From NCBI GenBank assembly GCA_964016885.1, contig OZ024754.1, positions 16,926,001-16,990,000 on the forward strand: a stretch of 64,000 nucleotides of DNA. The letters run 5' to 3'. This document shows, piece after piece, positions 1-12,700 of this stretch; the stretch's first letter is position 1, and every line of letters begins with the position of its first letter. The translations under genes and the position numbers were made by a program. The notes beneath the pieces were generated by a model, which searched no databases, had not been told where the DNA came from, and was given only the letters and a program-made list of their open reading frames with translations. This DNA is from Eledone cirrhosa. Taxonomy: Eukaryota.

Positions 1-302
1 TCTGAGAGGGATAGAATGTAGTGTGCGAGAGAGGAGACTGAGGTGGTATGGACATGTGATGCGCATGGAGGATGACTGATGGGTGAAGAAGTGCCAGGAA
101 ATGCCAGTTGAAGGAAGACATGGTAGACTACTAAAAACATGGGCGGAGGTAGTGAGAACAGATTCTCAGATCGCTGAAGCTCATGGTGGAGATGACGAAG
201 GACCGTGATGAGTGGAGAGTTGCTGTGCTGAATAAGAACCGTCCCACTCTTGCAAGCAGGGAAGAGCGGACGTAAAATGATGATGATGATGATGACGATG
301 AT
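1..302 (+). mobile_element. 3' end of an RTE-clade LINE (decayed), (TGA)n tail
   Basis: Translates to [38 protein letters not shown], an RTE C-terminus. Ends ...gcaagcagggaagagcggacgtaaaa(tga)n. Closely related copy at 33196-33431. Confidence 0.9.
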
Positions 303-722
303 ATGAATGTATGTATAGTATATTTGGTAATATATTGTATGTTTAATTAAAAACATTTTGAAGACCTTGCGCTATTATTTTAAAGTAGTGACTAAAAATT
401 AAAATTAATTAAGTTTTGCTGGACCAGCGATCACTCTGTATAATCAGCTCCTGATTATTACTGGAATTCTATAAGAATCCACCCTCTGTAATTTTCTGCA
501 GAGGTCGACGAGTACGTTGCTCTGAGGAACACCAACAGTGTGAAACAGATCTGTCAGCTCCTCTCCCTTCCTTTGCTGAAAAAAAGAAGTAAGTGACATA
601 GTCACTACTTTAAAATAATAGCACAAGGTCTTCAAAATGTTTTTAATTAAACATACAGTATATTACCAAATATACTATACATACATTCATGTATACATCG
701 CTATTTCAGAGCACCAATCCTA
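303..722 (+). mobile_element. Short fold-back element carrying a hammerhead ribozyme (Penelope-like pLTR remnant)
   Basis: 92-bp inverted arms at 303-394 and 599-690 (2 mismatches). Hammerhead in the spacer, then a ~30-bp tail ending at (TA)n. Confidence 0.7.
519..558 (+). ncRNA. Minimal type-I hammerhead ribozyme
   Basis: gct-CTGAGGA-acac(caaca)gtgt-GAAA-cagatctg-TC-agc. CUGANGA and GAAA cores, 4-bp helix II, perfectly palindromic helix III (acagatctgt), GUC cleavage triplet, 3-bp helix I. Confidence 0.8.
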
Positions 723-879
723 ATATATATATATATGTATATATATATAGACACAAAAGAAAAGAAAGAAAAGTAACCTTTTTCTTTTCTTGTTTGAATT
801 AATCTCTGACTCCATTTACCATTCAGCATATTTACATAAAATTTCATCGGAGGAAGAAATGAAACCCAGCACACCCAGA

Positions 880-1255
880 TTTAGTCTCAATCTATTTTCA
901 GGTCTTCTTTCTCTAGGGTAAGGACTCCCTTTAGTTATGAATAACTATGGGATTTGTACCTAGAATGTTCCCCTCCGAAGCACAAGTTGGGATAAGGTTG
1001 ATTGTGGAAGACCAGCAGTCACCCATGCACCCCAGCCTCCCATCTCCATGTCACCGATGTTGTCCAAGGAAAAGGCAATGACCAATACACTTGGAAGTAG
1101 TGACGTCACAACTCATTTCTACAGCTGAGTAAACTAGAACAATGTGAAATAAAGTGTCTTGCTCAAGGACACAACACACCATTCAGTCCAAAAGTCAAAC
1201 CCACAACCCCCCCAGTTGTAAGCCAAATGCTCTAACCACTAAGCCATGTGCCTTC
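880..1255 (-). mobile_element. tRNA-headed CORE-type SINE, diverged, with a different 3' domain
   Basis: Minus-strand head ggcacatggcttagtggttagagc, followed by a CORE-like gtccttgagcaagacactttatttcacattg...ctcagctgtagaaatgag. Confidence 0.7.
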
Positions 1256-1486
1256 TATCATATAGGTAAACTACACCATTTGAGCTCATGGCACTTTTTT
1301 TTTCATTCAGCATATTACCTGTTTACATTACATGTCACTTACATATGTTCTTGCACTCAAGGTGCATCTGGTGCAGTTTATTGTGGCATCATCATTAGGG
1401 TGGTTGTCTTGTCTTCAACACAACTGAAGGATTCTCGATCCTGATATTTGGTGAGTTTTCTTTGGCTGGACACATTTCCTGTCAAT

Positions 1487-1645
1487 ATCATCATCATTTT
1501 TGTGTCCGTCTTTTTCCACGCCTGCACAGGTTGGATGGGTTTTTCCCAGCACAGCATCTCTCCACTCATTGCATTCCTTTTTCATCTCCTCTGTGAATCT
1601 CAGTGATTTGAGGTCAGCTATCACAACCTCTGCCTAGGTCTTTCT
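1487..1645 (-). mobile_element. RTE LINE 3' fragment
   Basis: ADLKSLRFTEEMKKECNEWRDAVLGKT plus (TGA)n tail. Similar fragments at 16200-16480 (+), 18022-18270 (-) and 9580-9710 (-). Confidence 0.75.
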
Positions 1646-1978
1646 TGAGATAATTGCTGGCCTTGTGCCAAAAGTAGAAACAATTATTTTAGGTTCAAAT
1701 AACAATATTAGCCTAGAACAACAGACTATTACATTCACAACTGTGTAATTAAGAAGTATGAAATGCAAATTGTTAAATACAAAATGGTAGAATGAAAACA
1801 AAGTTTTTATAAACAAAAAAGGCCTACTCCAACTTAAGATTCTATTTAATTATTGTAAAGAATATGTGCATATCTAGAATTAGTAAATTTACCCCTGAGT
1901 AAGTAAAATTCATCCCTTGAAATGAAAATGTATCTCATGATGGAAATCCCCAAACATTTAAATGTCTTTATCACTGGT

Positions 1979-2243
1979 TTAACCTTTTTGATACTAAACA
2001 GCATGCAACCATACCTGGTTTTACATTAGTAAGCTGTTTCTTTTAAAGTAAACAAATAATACAATTGTCTAATAATCTTCAATCATAATTTTATTTAAGA
2101 ACCTTTGCGTTATGTTCCAAGCACCAGTTTAATAATGAGGACATTAGTTATATTACAAAATACCTTTAAATTTTTGATTATTTTCAAAATATTTTGAAAA
2201 CTACAGGCAGTGTATATTTCATTAGGAATATAGTAATGAGTTA
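1979..2243. mobile_element. Old TTAA-flanked MITE family 2 (piggyBac-like termini)
   Basis: ttaacc(c)ttttgatac...ggtaatgaaagggttaa architecture recurs at about 15911-16133, 19965-20200, 27992-28453, 49940-50710, 61588-62027 and 62524-62990. Confidence 0.55.
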
Positions 2244-4246
2244 AATTGGCTGTGATACATTCAACAAGGTGTAGGAAAATAACATTGAGATTTTACTGTA
2301 TTTTAAAAGATACTTGACTCTTTCATTACTATATTTATAATGAAATACACAATTTGAACTAATTAATTAACAATTTCTAGGGATTTACAAAAATAATTAA
2401 TTATTTCATTGTTAAGATGGTATATGTAATATAATGTAACAAAAGGTTCTTTATGTCAAATCAATGCTGGAAGATTTCAATTTGAATAGAAACCCTTCAG
2501 AATGGGAGTTGGGTGTTTGTTTATCCTTTAAAATGTGTAGTTCTGTTTAAATAGAAGTAGCGGTGGGTTGGGATCAAAAGGGTTAACATGACTTGTAGCA
2601 TTATTAAATCTTAAGTTATTTACTTTCCCATTAAACTTGAGTAATTCTATCATCATCATGTCAATTTAACATTTAAAATATATTTTGATGTTCAGTTTTT
2701 TTACTTCCTTTTTATTACTATTAATCTGTATACCGTGTTTTTATAATTATCTTTATCAACTATAAAGAACAAACATATAAATACAGCTACAGTAAATTGT
2801 CTTATTAGTTAAATTATTATTTATTATAAATGCTCCACATTAATTTAGTTTTGTGTGATATAGTTGTTGTTTTTTAATGTATTAGTTGAATCATTTAGCA
2901 TTTAAAATATTGTCACATGTGATGCAGCACAATTATTTCCTTTACAATACGGTATGACAAATTCAAACTAAATAAATGTTTCTTGTTTTTTAACCAATTT
3001 AATATACATTAATTTTTATTTGATATTTTGAATAATTATTGAAGAATTTCACGTTTCTGCAAAATGGAGCAGAATAGTTTTGTACAGATAGTCTGTGATT
3101 AAGGGGGAAAATAATATATCATGACTCATGCACTGTTCATTTTCCTGACGTTTGTACATTACACTATGTACTATACATACACTTTTGATGAGTTGTAGTG
3201 CACCTGAGCACTGTACACAATATTTTCATTATTATTATATTAAAAAATAAAATTGGCAATGGAATATAATAGCTAATGAGTGAACTTGGGGCATAATTTC
3301 TTCTAATTTTAGTAAGAATTTTAAAAATGTTTATTAATTTATTTTAATCATATTTCTAACAAACGATGTTAAATATTTTGTTTCATATATTGCTGAGTGT
3401 ATTAATTAGCTTTAATCCGAAGATACGCAGCTAAATATCAATAATATAAAGCATATTTCTTATATTTGCTGATATAACGCAGCTAATTTTAGAATATTTT
3501 TTCAACGTTAAATGTCTACAGTAATTGATTTATAGGAGAATTAACTTCAGTGGATATTCAATTGACTTTGATACCAAAATAGTTCCAGTCAAATAGGAAT
3601 TCTTAATAGCTAAATGATTGCAGTGATGTAGTAATGCAATGTGTTAACTCAGGAATCTTTAGTTTAGTGCAATTAATTAAAGCAAGATTTGTTATTGTGA
3701 AGTATGTATGGAACCTGTAACTCTTCTGATGGAATTGTAGGAGTGCTGTAGTGAGATATAGTATGCTTTAGGCAATTTAAGTCTGATGGAGCCCATCCCC
3801 ACTCAAGTTCTCAACACAGCTGATTTCTTCCAGTGAAGGAGCGGAAGTGAGAAAGAGATATAGAGGAAGAGTCACCTCCAGTACTCGATTTGTATTTCTT
3901 TTATCGACCACAAAAAGATGAAAGTTTAAGTTGACTTTGGCAGGATTTGAACTCAGAGAGAGAAAGCAGGTGTAACATATGCTGGTCACTCTCTCAGCTC
4001 ACCTGAATTTCACACGTCAATTGTGATATTTGTTCAGGCTATTTATGTCCTGAATTCAAGTTCTGCGGAGTACTGGACTGGTACTTTTTTTTTTATTGCC
4101 CTCAAAAGGATGAAAAGCCAAGTTGATCTCGGATGGATTTGAACTCAGATCACCAGAAAGAATGCTGCAAATCATTCTATCCTATAGTTTTTTTTTTGAG
4201 GGGGGAATAGAGATGGGGAGGGGGATAATAGAATGGAACAGGTTAA

Positions 4247-4438
4247 CCCTTTAGCATTTACATTTCTCTATATTTACTATTATATTTTCATGGTAAAGGC
4301 TTTATCTCACATAATATTAAATTGATGAGATTTTGATATTTATTTTGATAACAATACCTTAACATCAGTATAAGTGGCTGGTTACAGAAAGAGGGGAGAG
4401 AATTCTGGCTGGATATGGCCAGTTTAAATGTTGAAGGG
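4247..4438. mobile_element. piggyBac-like MITE family 1
   Basis: TTAA|CCCTTTAGCATTTA ... TAAATGTTGAAGGG|TTAA: TTAA TSD with CCC/GGG termini. At least 8 copies in the window. Confidence 0.75.
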
Positions 4439-5414
4439 TTAATGTTATGGTCCAGGAGGGAGAGGATATCTTTCATTTTATGTTTCTCTTCATTTGTTTT
4501 ATCTTTTTTATAACAACATTATTTAAAATTTTTGTGACAAGTGACTAATGAGTCATTAATGTTACTAATTATTTCCAAAGGTGGGAGGGGGGTTATTGCT
4601 TAGTCTCTCGTTTATGTCGGATACAATTTATTTTTTTACAATTATCTTACTTTTCATTCTGGTTTAGTTCCTTTGTTAAGGTCTTTACTTGGTAGCTTGA
4701 TTATCAAGTTTTATGATTCAGGTTATTTTATTGCTGTGTAAATGGGGCTATATGTTTTTTTTTTATGTATGTGTACACTCCTGCCTCCCACACAATTGTT
4801 GTCTTATGTGATATATTTTTTGGGAAGCTTTTACAATTATTTTGTTAAACATAAGTACTGCTGTATCTAATATCAGTGACTCTGGTATTATTGAATTAAA
4901 GAAGTGGAAATTATGTTTCTTCTGTTGAGTTTTTATCATTTAATTGCTATATTCCAACCATAACCATTCCGTTAGGGGAAGAGAGGAGGAGGGAGAGCAG
5001 TGTATTGTTTTAAGAATAAAATTATATTTTCCTTTCTTATTGAAGGTAGAAAATAGTTTAACTCTTTCATTATCATCTTTCTAATAAAACACAAGGTATT
5101 TGAATTAACTAATGACGAGTGTGGTGTAAATGTTTGAATAATGTCCACCATTTAGATACAGTTTCTGTGGTGTTATGTGGCTGAGTGTACTACAACCCCC
5201 CCCGGACAGGACGCCAGTTCATCACAGAGTTAAACCCCCAGCTATTACCAGTACTCATTTTCAACTGAGTATACTGGAACAACATGAAGTGTTTTGCTCA
5301 AGAACACAATACACAACCCAGTCCAGGAATTGAACCCATGATATTATGATCATATACCCAACACCATTACTACTAGGCCATACACCTCCATAATATGATA
5401 TTGTATTCTATTAT

Positions 5415-5580
5415 AATAATTGTTTCTACTTTAGGCACAAGGCCAGCAATTACCCAGTGCATTACTGGTACTTTATTTTATCGACCCCGTAAGGATGAAA
5501 GGCAAAGTCAACCTCGGCGCGATTTGAACTCAGATCGTAAAGGGACGTAACTATGCTGGAAAGCATGGCGTCCGACCATA
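5415..5580 (-). mobile_element. SINE family A (tRNA-like head, ...gcctttcatccttacggggtcgataaaataaagtaccag... body)
   Basis: Matches the intact copy at 42418-42610. B-box-like gagttcaaatc and (AAT)n-like tail. Confidence 0.8.
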
Positions 5581-6469
5581 GTATTCTATTATAATAATAA
5601 TATTTATTTCTAATTTTGGCACAAGTCCAGCAAGTTTTGGTGGGGTAGGGCAAAGTTGATTAAAAAAAAAGCCCAGTACTGTTACTCTATTTTTCAACTC
5701 TGAAAAGATAAAAGGCAAAGTTAACCTCAGTGGGATTTGAACTCAGAATGTAAATAGCCAGGACAAATATCACAATGGCATTTTGTCCAGCACTCCACCA
5801 ATTCTGTTAATCCATCACATTGTGATATAAAATGATAAAGTAAGTATAACCAAGAAAAACATAACCAAAAATATAAAAAAAATGTAAATATTTTATTATA
5901 TTCCTTTGATTGATATTCTAAGTAGAATGGAGAATAACAGCATTCTTTTTGTTTGTTTGAAACTATCATCAGCTCATTCCTGTTTTATAGAATGAATGAA
6001 TATTGTAAATGAACATTTTTGATAAAAATCTGTTTAATTTGCTGTATCAAATTGAAATCAGATGAAACAATTAAATTATTTTCTAGTTTCCATTTACATA
6101 TTATCATTTCCATAAACAAGCTAGACAAAACAAACAAACAAACAAATAAAAAAAAACAGTTAAATTTTCAAACTGTAAGTAGCAAAAATAAGACCCATTT
6201 CTTTTATTAAAAAGTTCAGTCTCTGACATTGATTCACTTTGACAATTAAATGAGAAGCCATTTGAAAATTTAATTCTGAATCAGGATTTTTCTTTTTACT
6301 GTTTTTTTCTTCTTTTTCTTTTTCCTTCTACTTGTTAATACACATTTTCTAATCAATATAGAATGCTGTTTACTGTCTAAGCAGGTTATGAGATAATTAC
6401 CCATCTCTGTATATCGTTATCACCATCATTGTCATCACCATCATCAGTTGTGTCAGGCACCCTGTATTA

Positions 6470-6676
6470 CCTGTAAAGTGGTGCAACAACTGCTTTATTG
6501 TTGGTGATTCACATGATAAATGTGCCCAGTATTCCCTGTAAAGTGGTGCAACAACTGCTTTAGTGTTGGTGATTCACATGATAAATGTGCCCAGTATTCC
6601 CTGTAAAGTGGTGCAACAACTGCTTTAGTGTTGGTGATTCACATGATAAATGTGCCCAGTATTCCCTGTAAAGTGA
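6470..6676 (+). repeat. Tandem repeat, 65-bp unit x3.2, resembling a SINE-body subrepeat
   Basis: cctgtaaagtggtgcaacaactgcttta(t/g)tgttggtgattcacatgataaatgtgcccagtattc starts at 6470, 6535 and 6600, with a partial unit at 6665. Confidence 0.9.
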
Positions 6677-6764
6677 TCGGTGAAAGGAAGAAAAACCTGC
6701 CAAACAAATGGTCAGGGGGACTCATGCACCTGGTGTACCCTGTAGAGTGTGGGAACATGTTTAA

Positions 6765-8073
6765 CCCTTTAGCATTTACATTATTATATATATACTATTG
6801 TATTTTTCTGGTAAAGGCTTTATATTACATATCTATCTAAGGTGGGTAAAATTTCCGAGATCCATGGACGAGTTCTCTCCAGCGGTCTCTGTCCCTCATT
6901 ATCGCTGCCATGTCCTGCGTCTCCAACATACCAGTGTCTGTCCTTAGGGCATCAACATACGTTAACCTTCGTCTTCCTCTTCTAGTGTGTCCATGTAGGG
7001 GCTCCCACAGGAGCACTGAGTGCAATGTCAACTCTGGATGTTGGTGAGCATGTCCAGCTAACCTCAGTCTCCTCTGTGTCACTTTTGAGCTGACTTTTGG
7101 GATGCTCCCATACAGCTCTGAGTTTTTCATCGTCAGTGTATACTGATTAATGTTCAGAGCCATCCTCAGCATTCTCGTGTAGCACCCATCCACCATCTGA
7201 GTGAGTTTCTTGGTCAGTGTCCAAGTCTCAGACCTGTACAGCAGCACAGACTTCACTACAGCAATGAAGAGGCGGATTTTCAGGTCTTTACGAAGGTCCG
7301 ACTTCCACACTGATCTCAAGCTGTGGCACGCCGCCCAGGCTTTGCTCTTCTTCTCAACCACATCATCTTCCGTATTCCCAATCTTTGCTCCCAAATACAG
7401 GAAGCCCTCAACCAATTCTAGCGGCTTCCCGCCTACATTAGTGATCCCCTCTGGCTTCTCAACCTGCGGTCATGGTTTTCATTGACTTTAGGAAGGCCTT
7501 TGATTCTGTGGACCGTCACTGCCTGATGAAGATCTTACAGGCATATGGAATCCCCAAGAGGATAGTGGACCTGATATCACTGCTCTACACCAACACCAAA
7601 GCCCAAGTCGTTACACCTGATGGGATGACAGAGTTCTTTGAGATACTGGCTGGACTGATCCAGGTAGATACATTGGCTCCCTACCTTTTTATCATCGTAG
7701 TGGACTATTGTATGCGCCTTGCACTGGAGAAACACCAGGACTCTGGCTTTACTGTAGCACCGGCTCAGAGCAGGAGAGTTAAGGCGAAAAAGGTATCGGA
7801 TGCTGAATTTGCTGATGACATAGTTTTGGTGACAAATACAGTGAAGGAGGCAGAGGATTTGATGCGGGAGGTTGAGACTGTGACGATGAGTGTGGGGCTG
7901 AGAATGAATTATATTACATAACTATCTCATAAAATATCGAATCTACGAAATTTTGATGTTATTTATTTTGAGAACAATACCTTAACATCAGTATCAGCAG
8001 CTGGTTACAGCCGGTTTGAACAGAAAGAGGTGAGAGAATCCTAGCCTGATATACCGGTTTAAATGCTAAAGGG
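6765..8073. mobile_element. piggyBac-like MITE family 1 interrupted by a LINE insertion
   Basis: Left terminus TTAA|CCCTTTAGC at 6765 and right terminus GCTAAAGGG|TTAA at 8073. The halves join to give the family consensus. Confidence 0.8.
6832..7908 (-). mobile_element. 5'-truncated, 5'-inverted RTE-group LINE (reverse transcriptase fragment)
   Basis: Minus 6837-7460 encodes the post-RT region (FLYLG...LLYRSETW...RRLRLAGH...WRELV) with a tagataga tail. Plus 7465-7908 encodes the RT core (FIDFRKAFDSV, DTLAPYLF, EFADD, GLRMN). TSD ttatattacata at 6820-6831 and 7909-7920. Confidence 0.9.
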
Positions 8074-8274
8074 TTAAGAGTACATGTGTGTAGAATACTC
8101 AATCTCATAGACATAAATTTCAGTTGAACAAACAACTGTAATACTCATCATAGAAATAGACTGAGGTCCATTCCAATGAAGCAGCTGCTCTAACCTTTGA
8201 TCTTTTTGTTGATTATTGTATAAAACAAACATTTTGAATATCTCATTAATGCCATGTGATTTTTATTGCTATTG

Positions 8275-8315
<41 letters not shown>

Positions 8316-8383
8316 CATATATACATATATATATATATCTTGTGAATTGTTGTTTGCCCATATCGGGACTCAGGTTAGTGATG

Positions 8384-8417
<34 letters not shown>

Positions 8418-8964
8418 TGTACACACACACATGTACACACACACAGAGGTACATTAAATATTGTATGACATTTGATTAAACAATTACTTCTAAATGTTCA
8501 TTTTTAATAAATATATTGGAATAAAACACACATACACATGTACGCACACACACACACATATATACATATATATATATATACACACACACAATTACATATA
8601 CATACACATACATATTTACACACACACATATATACACACACATACGTACATATAAATATACACACACACAGACACAGACACACATATGCATCTGAGCACT
8701 GTCATTATTATAGATTCTTCCACGCTAGCATCGGTTAGACGGGTTGCCCTGTTGTGGGCAGTGTCCGGTCGGCTGACCTTGTCTTGCTCATACGGGAACT
8801 GATTCTGGCTTGATTTCTACAGCTGGATGCCCTTCCTAACGCCAACCTCATTTACAGTGAGTGCTGGGTGCTTTTTTTCTGTGGCGCGTACACGTGCTTT
8901 TTTGCCATGGTACCACGACCACTTTGCAATGGGAGGGTCTGGGGCATATTGTCTATATACTTCA

Positions 8965-9165
8965 GGGCGGTGAATTGGCAGTATCGGTAGAGGGTTGGAC
9001 GCTATGCTTTCTAGCATAGTTACGTCCCTTTACAGTCTGAGTTCAAATCCCACCGAGGTTAACTTTGCCTTTCATCCTTACAGGTTCGATGAAATAAAGT
9101 ACCAGTAATGCACTGGTATAATTGCTGGCCTTGTGCCAAAAGTAGAAATAATAATTATTATTATA
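8965..9165 (+). mobile_element. SINE family A
   Basis: ggcggtgaattggcagtatcggtagag...gagttcaaatcc...(aat)n. Further copies at 19672-19865 (+), 25035-25230 (-), 54682-54865 (+) and 59183-59370 (+). Confidence 0.85.
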
Positions 9166-9543
9166 CATACGGCACATTAAATAACACAACAGTGTTTCAT
9201 TCAATAATTATTTTTAATTAGAAATATTCATTTAAAATAAATATATAGGAATATCATTAAATACAGAATCTCATTGTTTTATATTTATATTGAGAAGTAA
9301 TTTTAAGATTATGAATCTGTTAGTTGGAATAATTGAGAATATAATTCTGTTATAAAGTAGTGTAAGTACCATTATCATCAACTCTATTTCTTTAAAGGGA
9401 ATAAACATGAAATTAACTCTTTAGGTTATTTTGATATAAGTTTTGTGTTTCATTTGCATTTATTATAAATCATGAGAGCAAGTTTCTATGGGGAAGATAC
9501 TCATCTATCTCTCTCTCTCTCTCTCTCTCCCCCCTCCCCCCTC

Positions 9544-9578
<35 letters not shown>

Positions 9579-9721
9579 ATCATCATCATTTTACGTCCAC
9601 TTTTCCCTGTCACGGTCCTTCGTCATCTCCTCTCTGGGCTTCAGCGATCTGAAGTCAGCTCTCACCACCTCCACCCATGTTTTCTGTGGTCTTCCTCTAC
9701 TGCATCTTCTGTGTGTGTGTA

Positions 9722-12700
9722 TGATCATCATCACCACCGTTTTATGTCCATTCTTCCACGCTAGCATCGGTTAGACGGGTTGCCCTGTTGTGGGCAGTGT
9801 CCAGTCGGCTGACCTTGTCTTGCTCATACAAGAACTGATTCTGGCTTGATTTCTACAGCTGGATGCCCTTCCTAACGCCAACCTCATTTACAGTGAGTGC
9901 TGGGTGTTTTTTTACCATGGCGCGTACACGTCCGTTTTACAGTGTGGGCTGCGTGCTTTTTTGCCATGGTACCACGACCACTTTGCAATGGGAGGGGTTG
10001 GGGGCATATTGTCTATATGCTTCAGCTTCGGCTTGTACCCGTGGGAAGTCGGGTCTTCTGTATTACTGCGTGACGCCAGATGTCACAGTCGTGTGTCATC
10101 ACCTTTGAGAGGTGTAATTGGGTAAGGTCAGCTTTTATCACCTCATCCCAGGTCTTCTTGGGTCTCCCCACTTCGCGGCTTCCATCGACTTCTAGTGCTC
10201 TGCACCTTTTTATGCAGCTGTCATCCTTCACACGCATCACATGCCCATACCAACGCAACCGCCTCTCCTGCACACAGCATTTGATTCCTCTTATGCTCAG
10301 TCTCTCTCTCAATTTGTTTATGCTTTGCCGTTTGCGTATATTACTATTACACATCCATCGGAGCATGCAGGCTTTGTTTCTTTCTAATCTACACAAGTGT
10401 TCTACGGACAGCTCCAAGGTCTTACTACCATGTAACATTGCTGTTCGTATACACGCATCATTCAGTCTGCCTTTCATTTTGAGGGAAAAGCCTTTTGTAG
10501 GTAGCAGTGGCAGTAGCTCCCTGAACTTCTTCTATCCCCTTCCTACCCTAGTTATTTTACTTTCCAAATGCCCACCTCCACTGCTAATTCGGTCACCTAG
10601 GTAGCAGAAGCTGTCTATTGTTTCTACAGAGCCCTCCCTCAGTTTGGTCCTGCTTGTTTCTTGTGGTTGTTTGCTGCTTGCTGTCCCAGCGCAGCTGCTA
10701 CATGTAAGCCCTAAATTCTTAGTTAAGCTTCCTGAGATCCTACTACATCTCTTGTGTACTCATTGTTTGCATTTGGGGCAGAGGATGGAGTTCATACATA
10801 CTGAGCAAGGCCATTTCCCTGAGGGGATCTGGGTTCTGTTTTCTCGTCTACTTACAAGGATCTTAGTCTCTGTCAGGTTGACTTTGAGACCCTCTCTTTC
10901 TAGTCCCTGCTTCCATGTTTGGAATTTCTTTTCTAGTTCTACCATAGAATCAGCTATAAATGCGAGATCATCCACATACAGGAGTTCCCATGGTCATTCG
11001 GTCTTAAACTCCTCTGCAAAACTATGATGAACAGGAGAGGGCTAAGAACAGAGCCCTGATGGACACCGACCTGTACGCTAAATTCCTCGCTATAGTCATT
11101 GCTAATCCTAACTTTGCTGACTGCTCCCCTATACATGGCTTGTACAGCTTTCACAAGCCATTCCTCTACTCCTAGTTTTCTAACAGCCCACCAGATTATA
11201 GCACGGGGGATTCTGTCGAAGGCTTTTTCCAGATCGGTGAACGCGAGGTAGAGCGGCTTACTTTTAGCTCGGTACTTTTCCTGTAACTGCCTCACAAGGA
11301 AGAGGGCATCAGTGGTGCCTTTTCCTGGAACAAACTCAAATTGCATCTTATCTAGTTTTACCTGGTCCCTAATCAACTGTGCTATAACTCTTTCCATTAC
11401 TTTCATGACCTGGTCCATCAGCTTTATACCTCTATAGTTTCCTCTATCTAGTGCATCACCTTTACCCTTGTAGCAGTTGACAATGATGCTGCTGCACCAA
11501 TCCTTTGGTATGACACCTTCTAGTATTACCTGGTTAACAATACGTCTGGTTATGGTGTGACCTACCAACCCAGATGCCTTCAGCATCTCGGCAGCTATAC
11601 CCGATGGATCGGTTGCCTTCCCCGCTTCATATCTTTGATTGCAGCTGACTTGTACTGCTGGCCCCTCTATAGGGTCCACTTGGGGTAGGGTCTCTTTTTC
11701 CCATGTATTCTCCTCATTTAGTAATCTTTCATAATGGCTCTTCCACGCATCTTTCTCCTCAGCACTTGTGAGGGCAAGCTCACCTTTATCATTCTGGATA
11801 CACTTCTCGCCAATGGCATCACAATTCTCTCTGACACACTGCCTCGCAATCTTGAACACCTCCTGTTTCTGGTCCTCTCGTTGCAAAACATGCTTGAATT
11901 TTCTATCCTCTGCTTCCCTCCTAGCTAAGTATACTTGTCGCCTAGCTTCCCTCCTGGTCTCTATGTAATGTACCTTGCTTCTCCCGTTCTTCCGTTCTTT
12001 CTATGCCTGTCTCTTAGCCTTAGCTGCTTAATCTACCTTATTGTTCCACCATCAAGTCACTCTCCTCCTGATTGTGGTCTTGCTCCAACCACAGATCTCG
12101 TCTGTCGCCTTTAGTAAGTTATTTTTTAGGAACTCCCAGTGCTCTTCTACATTGAATGTCTCTATCTGTTCTTCTTTACTCTCATAGTCATCGAGTAAAA
12201 TATTTTTAAATCTGTTACTGGCTGAGGGATCTTTCAGCTTCCAGATCTTTCTTCTCCAGATTGCTTTCTGTTTCCAAGTCCATCTAGTTTTGACAGTGAG
12301 GTCGCTGACAACTAAGTTATGTTGGGAGGTACATTCCTCACTAGGGAAGGCTTTTGTGTTTACGACCGTCCATCTATCTTGTCCTCTGATGAGGATAAAA
12401 TATATCTGACTAGAATGCTCCCCTGATCTATAGGTGAACAGATGGTTGTCGGGTTTTTTGAAGTTTGTGTTACATATCGACATGTCATTGGCGTCACAGA
12501 ATTCTAGAAGCCTGAAGCCTTCTTCATTTCTTGTGCCAAACCCATAGCCTCCATGGACTCTATTGAAGCCATCAGTGTTTACCAACATGTCCGTTAAAAT
12601 CTCCTGCAATGATTAGGAAGTCATTGTCGTTTGTTAGAGCAGTAGTGTGCATTAGGGACTTGTAAAACCTATCCTTAAGTTCGTCTGGCAACCCCGATTG

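Noticed and set aside
9863-10108. Recurrent [17 protein letters not shown] peptide ORFs
   Set aside because: Reading frames through the multi-copy SINE/RTE-UTR module, with frameshifts differing between copies.
10080-11027. Plus-strand ORFs of 174 and 127 aa (also 7201-7485 and 50044-50364)
   Set aside because: Antisense shadows of retrotransposon coding sequence.
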